Source of the DNA: Felis catus
Taxonomy: Eukaryota
Assembly: GCF_018350175.1 (NCBI RefSeq)
Contig: NC_058368.1
Span: 168,518,001-168,582,000, forward strand
DNA: 64,000 nt
Reading direction: 5' to 3'
Position numbers and translations under genes: made by a program. Shown piece after piece: positions 37,069-50,395 of the stretch; position 1 is the first letter of the stretch, and the number at the start of each line of letters is the position of its first letter. The notes under the pieces were generated by a model. The model searched no databases. It saw nothing but the letters and a program-made list of their open reading frames with translations, and was not told the DNA's origin.

Positions 37069-39525
37069 GGAAACGGGACTGTGTGGTTACAATTGGGTAA
37101 TAGTTGCAGATGCAGAAAGCTTCTTCTAGGACCTGCCATCTTAATGAAAGAGTGGAGTGTGCACCACCTAATAAATGTGTAGAAGTCCTTGGAAGAAAGG
37201 GAGCTGCTGCCAAAGATAGAGGAAGAAGCTTCATTCAAAGAGAATTTCTAGGTTAAAATACAGCTGCAGAAATGTTTGTACCAAACATTGAAAGCAAAGG
37301 AGAATAGAGACAGAAATATAATAACTCTGCTATCTGTAAACAGACACCCATCACTGGCACTATATGAAACCTATCTGTGCTTGTGTTTATGAAGATGTGA
37401 TATCCTAAAAGTCTATATGCTGGAGTCCTGCCTTCCTATCCAAAACCTAGTTAGGTTTTGTGTTTTCAGCTTTGAAAAGAAATAAGACAGAGTCTGAGAT
37501 TGGTCATTTTTACCACCCCCTAAAGTAGAGCTTAAATTTTTTATGTCATGTTTTGGAAATTATTATGTTTTATTATTTCTAGCAAAGGTTTTGTTTGTTT
37601 TTTGTCTCAAGTATTTAACTGGTGAGCAGATATTAATAGCAAAATAATCCTGTATAATAATGCTAATGGTGAGATGGGTAATATTAGTTGCAAAGGACAG
37701 GTAGAATATGTTTTGTATTCCCCATGTTCTAACATAAACAGATCATAAAAATAAGTTGCTACTGAGACCTAAGAAATCAATACAGACAAAGCAGACAAGC
37801 AGAGAATTTCTCAAGAGTAACCTTGTATTTACAGGATACAAAGTCTGGTGGTTTTAGGTTAAGTTTTTTCCTAATGAACTTTCAGCAGAAAGATTCCCCA
37901 GATTCCCAAAAGGTAGGCCACTTAGGTGGGTTCAAATACTGAATGTTAAATTAGAAACGTGATTGGCTTTGATTATGATGGAGATATATCTTCTATGAAA
38001 TATGTTGTCTATTATTTATTCTCAATTTATTATTGGTAGAGAGGATCCCAATTTATTATTCAATCTAGTTGTCATTTGAGATAGTTTTCTAGATTTAAAG
38101 AAAATATCCATGGTGACAACCATATATTTAAAAAAAAGATTACATCCTAAAGCACATTTGGATCTTTTGTCCACTTTTATTACAAAGCAAAAAAGACAAA
38201 AACAGAAACAAAAACAATTCCTTTGAATGAGCACGCATTTTCCGTCAACAAGAATAGTTTTCAGCTTTCCAAACTCTGCGGACTTTTAGTCCTCTGAGAC
38301 CCACTTCTGGATTAAACACCAATCTCTCTCCTTAAGGAGATAGGCTGTGGATGCTTTCTTTTTATGAGGCAATAACTGCAGTCTCTACTGAATAAACTCA
38401 GTGGCTGAGGTGTTTGTAGGAAATAAACTCAAGGCTAAAAAGCTAAGGGTGTTTTTAGCCTAGGATATAATGATAATTGAGTATTTCCAGGAGTGCACCC
38501 TTAGGTTAACTCTATTATACTCAACTGACATCTCTCTCCACCTTTCTTTTTTTCTTCAAGCTCTTTATTGACTCCACATTTAGAAGATAGCTCAAAATTT
38601 TGCAATAAATTTCTCATTTTTTCCATAATAAATGCTTTATTTTTATTAACCCAGCTACAAACTTGCTAATTATTAGGTCATCACACAGCTTTCAAAATGT
38701 AAAAAAAGGTGCTTGGGTCTCTGAGGAAACTCAGCTATAAGAAGCACAGGGAAAATATTTATTAGAACCGGATGTTCTAAAACCAATTAAAAACTATAGT
38801 CATAAGATAAGGAAACAAATAAACAATTTTAAAACAGCCTTAGGCTCTGTCCTTTAGGGAAATTGGGATTTGACTGTTTACTACCTTAGCTTAATTTCAG
38901 TTCTGAAATCCAGTTTGTTACCCATACATATAAGACAAGCTCTCCGTAAATAAAATGAAGTCTCTCTCTGCTTGCTTATTGCTTCATCGTGAAAAAAGTA
39001 GCTGAACAGATTTCACCAAATTTATAGGGTCTGTTTAGGGTGGTCTGATACAACAAACAAAACAAACAGAATTAGGTTACAAGTGTATCCACACAATTCA
39101 TTTTGAAAAGTCATTAGGATGGTACTTCAAAGACACGAAACCACAGGCTTTCAGGTTTGCAAGGGTGATCTGATCCCATGGGCACACATATTCCATAGGT
39201 CTCCAGAATGAGTAAAAGGAGTGATAATTTATTCGGCAATGGTTAGTAACTGTCTAGCACAATGTTTGGTTGGCCTGCTTGCTGCTGCAATTATTTTTTA
39301 ATATATGGCTCTATAAGCAATTCTAGTATGTTCTTAGAACTGGATATCATTTTCGTTTTGTTTTTTTTTATTGTAAGTTCCTTAAATGGGAATTTAAAGG
39401 GTGAATGCTAATTTGTTTTATGATACAATTTCACAGAAGCACAAATCTATTTATTTATGAAATAAACTGTTCTGACACAATAAGAAAACTTCTGATAATT
39501 AATGGTTCTGAATTAATTCATATCC

Positions 39526-39972
39526 TGTAGCAGATGCTATTAATGTCCCACTCAGATCCCGTGGGCTAACCTGAAGCTCACCGGTAACTTCAGTGCTTCC
39601 CACATACACCAAGCACTTCCTTCCTTAAGTGCCTGGATCTCCTGCTCAGCCCATGTGTGCTGCAGACTAGGAAGGCCAGGGAATTCATCCCTTGAAGAAC
39701 AACAGTCAATCAAGGAAGGATGAGAACTGGTAGATAAGTGTGCCAGCTTCTTTGCTCCTTGGCAGGTCAGTTCTGAGCCATGTTCTATAGTCTCACAGAG
39801 TTGCCAAGGGGATTGAACCCACACAGTAAGGTATTAATATCCTTTATTGGCTGACCTCCTTTCTCTGCCTTACCTCCTCATACTTGTGCTTCTGAGATCA
39901 CCTCCCAGATGAGCTTACATACAGCCAAAACCTTGTGTCAAATTTGCTTTGAGGGGAATCCAGAGTAAGATA
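39526..39972 (+). mobile_element. ERV-L solo LTR (LTR16C/E-like)
   Basis: tgtagcagatgctattaatgtcccactcagatccc...gatcacctcccagat...ggggaatccagagtaagata. Confidence 0.75.
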
Positions 39973-40055
39973 AAGCATTGGCAATTTCTTATCTTGGTAG
40001 CACTTTTTTTTTTTCTTTTTTACATCTAGTTTGGTGGTTAAAATCATGAGCTTGT

Positions 40056-40280
40056 GGGGTGCCTGGGTGGCGCAGTCGGTTGGGCGTCCGGCTTCAGCCA
40101 GGTCACGATCTCGCGGTCCGTGAGTTCGAGCCCCGCGTCGGGCTCTGGGCTGATGGCTCAGAGCCTGGAGCCTGTTTCCGATTCTGTGTCTCCCTCTCTC
40201 TCTGCCCCTCCCCCGTTCATGCTCTGTCTCTCTCTGTCCCAAAAATAAAATAAAAAACGTTGAAAAAAAAATTAAAAAAA
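40056..40280 (+). mobile_element. Young felid SINE (SINEC_Fc) inserted in a MIR (about 40030-40510)
   Basis: CpG-rich; 16-bp TSD aaaatcatgagcttgt at 40040 and 40281. Confidence 0.97.
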
Positions 40281-40858
40281 AAAATCATGAGCTTGTGCAT
40301 TAAGCAGACCTAGATTTAAATCCTGGTTTTGTACTTAGCTGTGTAATTTGGGGGAAGTGACTTAACCACTCTGAGCTTCAGTCTTCTGTATCTGTAGAGT
40401 GGGGTTAATAATAGTACCCACTTTAAGGTGTGTGTCTTGTGTCTATTAAGTTAGATAATACACTTAGCACAGTGTCCAATACAGATAGTAGATAATAAAT
40501 GTTAGCTGTGGTTGAATAGCTTTCTGTTTTGTGCTAAAAGAATTTTAATAAGTCTGTATTCATCTAAAGTAATTGATTAGGCTTCAGATGGGCTCATAAG
40601 GAAGGTAAATGGTTACTCACTGAGAATGATATACCAAGAAACATCTAGAAGCAGCCTACTCTCCAAATCCCTGTCAATGACTGTCTCAATGGTGAACAGG
40701 AAGATGGAAGCTCTAACTATCTTCACTTACCCTTAAGCCACACCACTTACATGAAGCTTTCCCCAGTCGCTCTAGCTAAGTGGGTATTCTCTTCCTTCAG
40801 TGATGATGGGTAAGATTTACCACCTATGCTATTAATTTTAACCTTTAACCGTGTGCAT

Positions 40859-41302
40859 TGTGGTGGTTAATTTTACATGTCAAATTAGCTAGGCCAGAGT
40901 ACCCAAGTATTTGGTCATAAATTATTCTAGACGTTTCTGTGAGAGTATTTTTAGAATGAGATTCACATTTAAATCAGTAGACTTTGAGTAAAGCAGATAT
41001 AATGTGGGTGGGCCTCATCTAATGGACCCTCTATAATGTGGGTGGGCCTCATCTAATCAGTTGAAGGCATGGATAGAAAAAGACTGACCTCCCCAGAAGA
41101 AGGGGGAACTCTGCCAGTGGACTGCCTTTGGACTTGAAATACAATATTGACTTTTTCCTGGGTCTCTAGCTTGCTAGGCTTCTCTGCAGACTTTTGGACT
41201 TGCCAGCCTTCATAATTTTGTGAGCTGTTGCTTTAAACTAACCTATCTCTGTCTAAAATTTTCTATTGGTTCTTTCTCTCTAGAGAATCCTGATTAATAA
41301 GA
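40859..41302 (+). mobile_element. ERV-L LTR (MLT2-like) with internal 26-bp duplication
   Basis: tgtggtggttaattttacatgtcaa...gagtaaagcagat; tataatgtgggtgggcctcatctaat at 40998 and 41032; ends gagaatcctgattaata. Confidence 0.88.
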
Positions 41303-42785
41303 TCTTCATAAAGTTTTATGCACATTCAAAATTTAGTGTTTTAGGAAAATGATATGATAAAACCATCTTTGGAAGACATTTAAGAACCTATTTACTAATA
41401 TATAATTATTTACTTGATAAAATTAATTTAATTAATTTTAGTATAATATAAATATTTAAGACAATTATATTACACAGTAATATAGAAATTATTTTTTCTT
41501 CAGACATTTGATGAAAGTTAATGTCTCAGGGTCAGGAAGACAAAATTACATCAGTAATAAAAGCAAAGTTTATTGTTTATTACTAGAAACACACATCTTA
41601 TAGATATTTTTGAACAATAAGTAAATAAAATGAATTTAAAAATCACAACCTTGGATATCCGGGATGATCAAGGACACTTATAGAATCTTAACACAGGGTG
41701 AGCTCGTATGGGTTCCCCTCATTGTAAAGCATGAATGAGAAACTTAGGCCTATAAAGGTCATCTAACTAGTAAAGGGCAGTGCTTGAATTAGAACTCAGG
41801 CTTCCATGTTCTTTTACTTCAACCTAACACTTCCCTATAAAGCAGGTGACACCCAAGGACCTACCAGAGGCAGCCTGGAGCCCCTCCTCCTGCCAGTCTT
41901 GTTCGTAGCAAGGACCCAAGAATGTCCTTCAAGCCATACCACCCACCGCTGCCACTGAGGACACCGCCACTCAGCGCTCACAAGCCCCTGCCCCAAAGCT
42001 CCTGAACATCCTGTTCCTCTAGACTCTTGATGGCAAACAATGGCTACTGATTCTGGCTAATTTAGTCTAAGAACAAACAAAATGAATCTGTTGTAAGGTT
42101 ACTGAATAGCCCACTGAGCTGGCAGGGCAGCTGGAGGCTAGGCAGCTGGAATCCTGACCTGGAAACAGACAGGAACCAAAAGGTTTAAGTTACAGTCAAA
42201 ATTACATCACTGTAGCAGTCTGTTGCCATCCGACACTCATGCCCTCTGCCCGACTCCACATTCCTGGGCATTGGCTGCGATGAGGCAACCGTCATGGGCC
42301 ATCCCCTGACTCTCACCTCAAATAGGAGTATCTAATTAGCCAAGACTGGTAACGTCCACCTCATCCTTCTGCCTCCCCAAGAGAATGAACTGCTGGGAAA
42401 GGAAATATTTCTCACTCTGGAAGTTCAATCATGGGAGGTGGGGCCTTCTTTAATTTTTGTCATTATCATGGCAACGTTTTACTAGTATATTTTGAAAAAA
42501 AAATCATTATTGTCTTTAGTAGAGACTAAGATTAAAAATACATGTAATTAAAAATACATGTAATTTTTGTACAGGTAAAATTGAACTGAGCATATAATAA
42601 TGCATTGCTGGTTACTCCAGTTGTGCTAAAACTTTAATATATTCACTGTCAGAGACACTTTATAGATTTTTTTCCCCTATCATACCACCCACAGTGGTAG
42701 GTTAATAAAGTTACAAACTGTAACTTTGATAGGATTGTAGGCAGGAGCATACTTAAAATGACATTTAAAAACTAAAGTGTACAAG

Positions 42786-42991
42786 ATTTTTTTTTATGTT
42801 TTTATTTTTATTTTTGAGAGAGAGAGCATGAGCAGGGGAGAGGCAGAGATCGAGAGAGGGACAGAGGATCTGAAGCGGGCTCTGCACTGTCAGCAGAGAG
42901 CCCGATGTGGGGCTCAAACCCACGAACCAGAAGATCATGCATGACCTGAGCCCAAGTTGGATGCCCATCTGACTGAACTACTCACGTGCCC
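42786..42991 (-). mobile_element. Can-SINE
   Basis: TSD ctaaagtgta(c/t)aag. Confidence 0.94.
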
Positions 42992-43222
42992 TAAAGTGTA
43001 TAAGTTTTAAAATTTCACAGGACATTACAAAGATATTGTGCTTTTACTCGAATTGGTATTCAAATGTTTGGTGTATAATTATCTATTCACTACAAAGTGA
43101 CTGAAAATTCCTTGAGAGCCTAAGGCAGGCTGTAGCTTGCATTGTTTTCTTGGTGCCCACAGACCTCCAGGATTCCGTGACTAGCAACCAGTTAATTAAT
43201 GAATTACTGGCTGGCTGATTAA

Positions 43223-43262
<40 letters not shown>

Positions 43263-43295
43263 ATATACATATATATATATATACATATACATATA

Positions 43296-43340
<45 letters not shown>

Positions 43341-43347
43341 CGCGCGC
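43223..43347. repeat. Compound (AT)n(GT)n(AT)n(GT)n(GC)8 microsatellite
   Basis: Direct inspection. Confidence 0.97.
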
Positions 43348-44319
43348 TATGCATTGCTTTTCCAGCAGTAGATCTGATCTAATCTGCAGTTACTTTCTTG
43401 CTTGGCATCATAATGAGAACCACTGGTATGAGGTGGGCTTTGTGCCTATAGAACATGTGAATTGTCCTGAGACTGGGTTCCATCTTGTTTGGCTACAGAA
43501 AATATTATTAGTTCCTTTGCCTCAGCCGGATTCATATTTCATGAATTTGTGCTTAATCATGAGAAATAGAACAAATTCCCACTCTGGGAGGAGGGGGGCT
43601 GGCCTTGACCATGGGCAAATTCTTTGCCTCACTGAGGATTATTTCCTCATTTCTACGTGGGGATGATAAAGGTGCCTATTCCTCCTAGGATCATCCTAAG
43701 CATTAAAAGAAAGACCAGTGTCTGACCTCTGGCAAGCACTCCAAGAATGCTAATCATTGCTATTACTTCTGCCTGTGGGTGGTGTAGGTGGTAAGAATGC
43801 TTCCAGCCCTTGTGGCCTAGTTAATTTTGCACTAAATTGTTGGCCACACCCTTCTTGGGCTGTCCTTAGGGCAGGATTGGTAAACACGATGAAGCCACAG
43901 GGGAATGGAGATTTTGGTGAGAAGCAGGAACCTGTAAACCTAGCTCTACTGTAGGGTGTAAGATAGGGGAATAAAGGTGTTTCTAAAACATTTCTGTATA
44001 TCACAGGAGAGCAACTGGGGGTGTGGGGCGTTCTTCTGTATGATTTAAAAATTACATGATTCACATTTAAAAAATGTAAAAATCTACCCTTGATGACATA
44101 ATTGAGCTACAAATGTCATTTTGTGTTTCAGGCAGTGTGGGATGTGTTTTTTCCTTTCTTATTATGGAACGATGTATACAGCCAACTGATAACACCACTA
44201 AGTTTACTGCTTAGAATTTGTTGTATTCTCAAAGATACTCAAAGACATATTTAGACTGACATTTATTGCCTCATAGTTTATAATACAAAATACTGTAAGT
44301 GGCCTATATTTCACCCCCC

Positions 44320-44321
<2 letters not shown>

Positions 44322-44359
<38 letters not shown>
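44322..44359. repeat. (CA)19 microsatellite
   Basis: Direct inspection. Confidence 0.98.
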
Positions 44360-44362
<3 letters not shown>

Positions 44363-44409
44363 CACAGCACAATGTCTATGGATACTGTGGAACACTGTTG
44401 TTTATAGTC

Positions 44410-44912
44410 AACTAGCCCTCAACGTCCATTTCTACCCTTTTCTACATTCTTTCCCACAGGATAGAACTACTTTTCTCAAACTCTCTTTCAGCTGTGGTTT
44501 AGGATGAGCATTTGCTTCCACCAATGAGAAGCACGTGAAGTTGGAAGTATGAGGGAGGCCTTCTTCTTCATAGTTAGCTATCAGCTCATCAGTGTTTGCA
44601 GTCAGACTCAGCATTCCCTTGTGGACTTACCAGCTTTGCCATTGCAGGGCAGTGTCCCAGAGGCACTGGCCATCAACTTCAGTGTCAGCTGAGGAAGTTC
44701 AGCCCTCCAGCGGTGGAAATGGCAGCAATTTGCTGACCTCTGGGTGAAAGTGGTGTGCCCTTGAAATCAGTATCTAGTAGCAGAATACTGTCTTCTACTC
44801 CTTGGACTCATCTCACAATTTTGTAAGTACCTAATTTCTGGCTTCAAGTTCCTTTCTATCTGAAAAATACCTGGAGTGATTTCTCTTTCCTGTACTGTAT
44901 CCTGACAGATAC
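44410..44912 (+). mobile_element. ERV-L LTR (LTR33-like), within old L1 fragments (about 44200-45180)
   Basis: ctacttttctcaaactctctttcagct...ccaccaatgagaagcac...aatacctggagtgatttct...cctgacagata. Confidence 0.65.
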
Positions 44913-46159
44913 TACATGGATGTCAAGAAGAATTAAAATCTGCATAGGCTATAAAGCAATATATTAGAGTAGAAAAATAAAAGTAGAGACACATATATGC
45001 TTTTTTATGCATGGAAAAAAATCAAGATTTTAAAGAAAATGAAGTTAGTAATTGCTTCTGGGAAAACAAAAACAGTCTGAGACGGGAGAGAGATTTACAT
45101 TTTGTTTATATACCCCTTAAATTGTTGGCTTTATTTTTTTTACCATGCTCATGAAATACATATTTTTCAATCAAAAGATTTTAAAATATAAGAAAATGTC
45201 AAGTTTCCATAATAATTTGCAAACAGAAGAAAGCATTCATTAACTCATCAATCTAACATAATATCATTGTGTTTTTACATAGTCCCTCTAAATCTTTGTT
45301 AATTAAAGTTTTATAGTAAGTTTTATATATATATATATATGTGTGTATAAAGTTTTATAGTAAAGTTTTATAGTAAGTGAGATATGTACACAGACAACTT
45401 GATAGTCCTTTTGGGGGGTTGGATTTTTTGTTTTTTCAGTTTTTTGTTTCTTTGTTTCTTTTTTGCTTGTTACACTTAGGAAGTACTGACCATGTGTCAG
45501 CCATTGTTTCCTTGAATTATATTTCATTGAAATTGAGATACTGTTTGTAGGATGCACCATTATCTTATGTATCATTAAGAAAGAACTTAAAACACCTGCT
45601 CACTAAACTCTAACACAAATAACATGTAGGCTTTTTCCGCCTCAATTGAAGCTCACATTTCTAGAAGTTAAGCAACTTCTATCTAAAGGTGACAGGACAT
45701 TTCTGATAATAGTGACACTTGACCCTTTAATGATGGTTCCTCACAAGGCATGAATTGGTTACACTAGTCTCTATTACTTTAAAATTTCTTTCATCTATTT
45801 CAAGGGATTTCACAGTTCTCTTGCTTTTGATAGCTTTGGTGGTGTATGATAGGCTCAAATTTCAGTCCCAAAATGTAACACAGCTTCCTCTTCAGGGTTG
45901 CTTTGCATTAATGTATGGAATTGCAGTCTCTCCATCAGGGACAAATAGTTGTTTGCTAATATCAAGTTTAAGCCCTCCTACTCTATTTCTGTGCCTTTGT
46001 CCATACACACTAGCCTTTATTTCCATGCTGAATCATAATGTAATTTTTAAGGCATTTTAAACAGCAATTAAATTCAAATTATAGAGTACCATCATGTACA
46101 TAATTCAGGTGATGTGACAACCACATGAACGGTGATGATCAAGTTGACATGTATAGGCA

Positions 46160-46265
46160 ATGATAACTCTGTGATTGTAAGATACCATCAATTGTCAGTG
46201 ACAGCCCAGCACCAGAGATGTTAAAATGTGAAAAAATTCTCCTTCAAATAGATAAAACATTGTCC
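46160..46265. mobile_element. TcMar-Tc2 (Kanga/MER104-like) terminal fragment
   Basis: ccatcaattgt...cagagatgttaaaatgtgaaaaaa. Confidence 0.55.
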
Positions 46266-46847
46266 ATTTGATCCTTAAACAACCTTTAAGTCAATTATTT
46301 AGTCCTCAAATGAGAAAACCGAAAAACAAATTGGTTATCAATGTGCTTGGTTATTATGGAGCAGGTCTTTTTAAAATGCAGTCAGTCTGGTTCCAATGCT
46401 CACCATCCTAACCATTAAGCTCTGTTGTCCCTTTATTGTTTTAAGACTTTTCCTTTATTGCTACATAATACTCAGATTATAGCTGTTTAATATTCCATCA
46501 AAAGGACAAACCAAAACTTAATTAACCATTATCAAATATTAGATAATTAGATTGCCTCTAATTTTTCCATCATAAATGATGCAATTAACATACCAATGCA
46601 TGGCTTTTCACAACCCAAAGGGATATGTTTTATTTTCTAATAAAAATGCAATACTTATTCTAGAGGTTTTGGAAAATACAGAAATTATAAATAAGCAAAC
46701 AATAGTTACTATAATTTCATGTCTGGGGCCAGTCATTGTCAACACGGTGGTGAGTTTCTTTTCAAATTTTTTTCCATAGATCTTTTCATATAATTGAAAT
46801 TATAGTAGAAATGCTTTTCTGTGTTCTACTTTATTCTCCTGGAGTGT

Positions 46848-46968
46848 TGTATTAGTTTCTTGGGGCTGCCATAACAAATTACCGCAAACTTTATGACTTA
46901 AAACAACAAAATTTATTGTTTCACAGTTTTGGAGGCCAGAAGTCCAAAATCAAGATGTACAAGGGCCA
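46848..46968 (-). mobile_element. MaLR LTR fragment (MLT1B/C-like)
   Basis: tgtattagtttcttggggctgccataacaaattacc...ggaggccagaagtccaaaatcaag. Confidence 0.85.
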
Positions 46969-47156
46969 TTGTATGCCCTCACTTATGACTGATCAAAACA
47001 TGTTGCTTTTCTTATGTTGTAAGATTATAATCACAAGTGAAGAGAATAACTAGTTGTGAATATTGGCATCTCATTGCATTCTCTTTGGGATCTAGACATA
47101 CTCAAATCAAGGGAAACTAATTCTCTGTCATTAGTAATTAACACTTTTGTGTCTTT

Positions 47157-47359
47157 CAACGTTTATTTATTTTTGGGACAGAGAGAGACAGAGCATGAAC
47201 AGGGGAGGGGCAGAGAGAGAGGGAGACACAGAATCAGAAACAGGCTCCAGGCTCTGAGCCATCAGCCCAGAGCCTGACGCGGGGCTTGAACTCATGGACC
47301 GCGAGATCGTGACCTGGCTGAAGTCGGACGCTTAACCGACTACGCCACCCAGGCGCCCC
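47157..47359 (-). mobile_element. Young felid SINE (SINEC_Fc) lacking a poly(A) tail
   Basis: 17-bp perfect TSD aacacttttgtgtcttt at 47140 and 47360. Confidence 0.97.
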
Positions 47360-49825
47360 AACACTTTTGTGTCTTTAAAGAAGGCTTGGAGAGATGGCAC
47401 ATGAGGATGTGACTCTTTGTCAAGTTGACAGGTCCCGTGCCCTGTGTGTTGCCAGTCAGTCTACACTAGACATGTTCACTTCAGGTCTTTGTTCTAAACA
47501 CCACAAAGTAGAAATAAGACATTTCCAATATCTTGGCGATTATCTTATTAATAATGTTGCTTTCTGGGGAGGTGCAGAGGGTGGAAAGAAAAAAATGTTG
47601 CTTTATGAAGAGACTGATGATTCCAGTGTGTTGGACTTATAAGGACTGCTGTCCTGTATATTGAGGTGGTTAATTTGAATGTAGAACTACACTTCAATCT
47701 GGATAACAGATCTGGTGGAAAGGCAGTGCCATATAGAAAGAGGAAATAAGAACTCGGATCTGAATTCAAATGCCAGCTCTGACTGCTTTGTTTTCTGTAA
47801 CATCGGGCAATTCAACTTACTTTTGAGATTAAAGGCCTTCTTTGGTAAAAGAAAGATTTTGCAAAGATTATTTTAGACAGTTATGAAGATTAGAGACTGT
47901 ATGTAAAAAATATCGTGCAGCCAAATTATTTTATACAGCAGATTATTCTTATAAGGAATAAGACAATGGAATGGACAGCTAATGCTCTTGTTCATTCCTG
48001 GGATGTCATTAGGCTTCACAAGTAGTGACACCTGCTATCTTAATGCCAATGTTATTTGTTTTGCTTCAATAATGTCAACCAATTAAATCCTTGGTGACAG
48101 ATTTCCCATGGACAAGTATATTCTCTTTCTCCTCCTCGTAAAAGAAAAACTTTGCGGGGTGAGACACAATCATGGAGTCTACCTACATTTAAGGATATAT
48201 CTATACTGTAATAAACCAAATGAATGTTTCACTGTTTGCAGCACATTGGAGAATTGACTTGACACAGATGCTCTGACCTTTCAAATAAAGTAAATAAAAT
48301 GGACGATAACTTGATGTTTCTAGAACAGCACAGCTTAGTAAAGTAAATATAATTAGCAGACTAGCCTATGGTACTTCAGCACTGATAATTTTGATTAGAG
48401 GGTGATCTTGAAAGGACTTATCAGTGAATGAAACATTAATGAAGACATGCTATTCTTTTTCATATTGTAAAATGAAATTATCATCCTGTTACATTAAAGG
48501 TCTTTTGATACATTTATTATATGAGGCTTTAAATTTACAAAGTTTTGTGGTATTTAGAGAAGTCTAACTGCTCATTTGGGAATTAAACCAAAATAACTTT
48601 GTCAAGAAGAAACCCCCTGAGTTCTGCCGTTCAGCAAGGGACTGACTTGGAGAGCAGCTGAAGGGTCATGTACCATGGGCTTCTGAAGGAACAGCAGGGA
48701 CAGGAGTTCTGAATGCTGAAGTTCACTGCCCCATAGTCATGAGTTCTTTGAGAGCAGAAATGTTGTCTTTTATATATTCATTCTTTATATAATCTGGAAC
48801 CTAGCACAATGGGGCTGGAACAGAATCAGTGCTTCATAAATGTTTTTGAATGAATAGTCTAGCAAGTGAGGCAGTGTTTTCCATTGTGGGACAGCATCAT
48901 TGTTTGGGAAGTTTTTCACATTTAGAACCTACAAAAGTAGTTATTTAAAAATATTTGCATTTTTATTCTCTACCCCTAGCATTCTCCATGTGATAGTGAT
49001 TCATTAGATAGAAAAGGGAAGCATATTAAACTTAGAATTAACCTTTTCTCTTGACATGTAATTAGCTAGGATTTATGAGATGCTAAAGGCTGAAGTCTCT
49101 GAGAAAAGGAGCATAAATAAGGATTTTTTGTTTTATTGAGCTTGGAATAATACAGTTGCTTATTCTCATGGAAAAATTATTTCTTATATATTTTGACTTG
49201 AAAGAAGCTAATGATCTTCTGAACAGCTTTAGAAATATTGTTCTAGTCCAGTCCAGGAATAGAGATCTGATTTTAGCTTTTTCCACTAAAATTGAGGATC
49301 TGATAGGTCAAGTCTATGTAAAACATTGCAAAGTGTGAATTCATTTTTAATCCTCATTTTGTTAAGATAATTTTATTATTGTGCTCCTCTCACAATTCAA
49401 AATTATACTGTCGATAGAGTAACATTTTAGATGGACCAAATAAATCTTAAAGGAAAGACATATTAAAACTTACATTGAACTAGAACTTACAAGGATTTGT
49501 ACTGTTTTACGCTATGTTGCAAACAAACTTTTACCAACTAGTTTTTAAGCTTGCACTTTTATTTACGAAGAAACATCTTTTCCCTCAAACATAATAGGCT
49601 ACCTTCAAGAGAAAGAAGTGCCTTATAGTAATGAAACATTACAAAGCATCAAATTTTTCACTTATTTGGAAAAAAATTTAATTGACTTACCAAATGAAAT
49701 ATGAGAGATTCTTAACTTTTGGAATCCTCCTAAACTTAAAAATGGCTCACATTCTCTGTGTTGTCAAGAACATAGACAACCAACCTCATTCCCAAACTGT
49801 CTTTTACTTTATAGTTCTTAAGCTG

Positions 49826-49945
49826 CTCCTTCTCCTTCTCCTTCTCCTTCTCCTTCTCCTTCTCCTTCTCCTTCTCCTTCTCCTTCTCCTTCTCCTTCTC
49901 CTTCTCCTTCTCCTTCTCCTTCTCCTTCTCCTTCTCCTTCTCCTT
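49826..49945. repeat. (CTCCTT)20 perfect hexanucleotide repeat
   Basis: Direct count; abuts the 3' end of an antisense SINE. Confidence 0.98.
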
Positions 49946-50031
49946 CTTCTCAGTAGGCTCCATACCCAGTGTGAAGCCCAACATGGAGCTTGAACTCTTG
50001 ACCATGACTGACAGAGCCACCCAGACACCCC
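49946..50031 (-). mobile_element. Short, internally deleted old Can-SINE
   Basis: gtaggctccatacccagtgtgaagcccaacatggagcttgaactc...gagccacccagacacccc. Confidence 0.85.
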
Positions 50032-50201
50032 TGGGCTTCTCTTATGAAAACCTCTCTAACATCACTTAGATATTTTCATATACTATACTTTGTCATGTCA
50101 TCCAATTATGGAGGCTAAAACAAGCAACTGGACCTCTGGTCCAAACATCACTTTTCCTTATCCATACTATAGTAAATCACTCTTTAAAAAAAGTCTTTTT
50201 T

Positions 50202-50395
50202 GGGGCACCTGCGTGGCTCAGTTGGTTAAGCACCGACTCTTGATTTTGGCTCATGTCATGATCTCAGGGTCATGAGACAGAGCCCTGAATTGGGCTCTGC
50301 ACTGAGCATGGAGCCTGCTTAAGATTCTCTTTCACCCTCTCCCCCTGCCTCTCCCCTGCGTTCTCTGTCTCTCTCAAAATAAATAAAATAGATAG
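50202..50395 (+). mobile_element. Can-SINE (older subfamily)
   Basis: TSD aaaagtctttt. Confidence 0.94.

Noticed and set aside
42531..42565. 16-bp tandem duplication (also small ones at 3082, 31414 and 45304)
   Set aside because: Ordinary slippage duplications without further structure
43247..43666. 139-aa ORF with an SH3-like-looking NHWYEVGFVP stretch
   Set aside because: Starts in a microsatellite, ends in a MIR-like region, and motif spacing is wrong for SH3
49682..50028. Poly-Leu, poly-EK and poly-Arg ORFs
   Set aside because: Translations of the (CTCCTT)20 microsatellite
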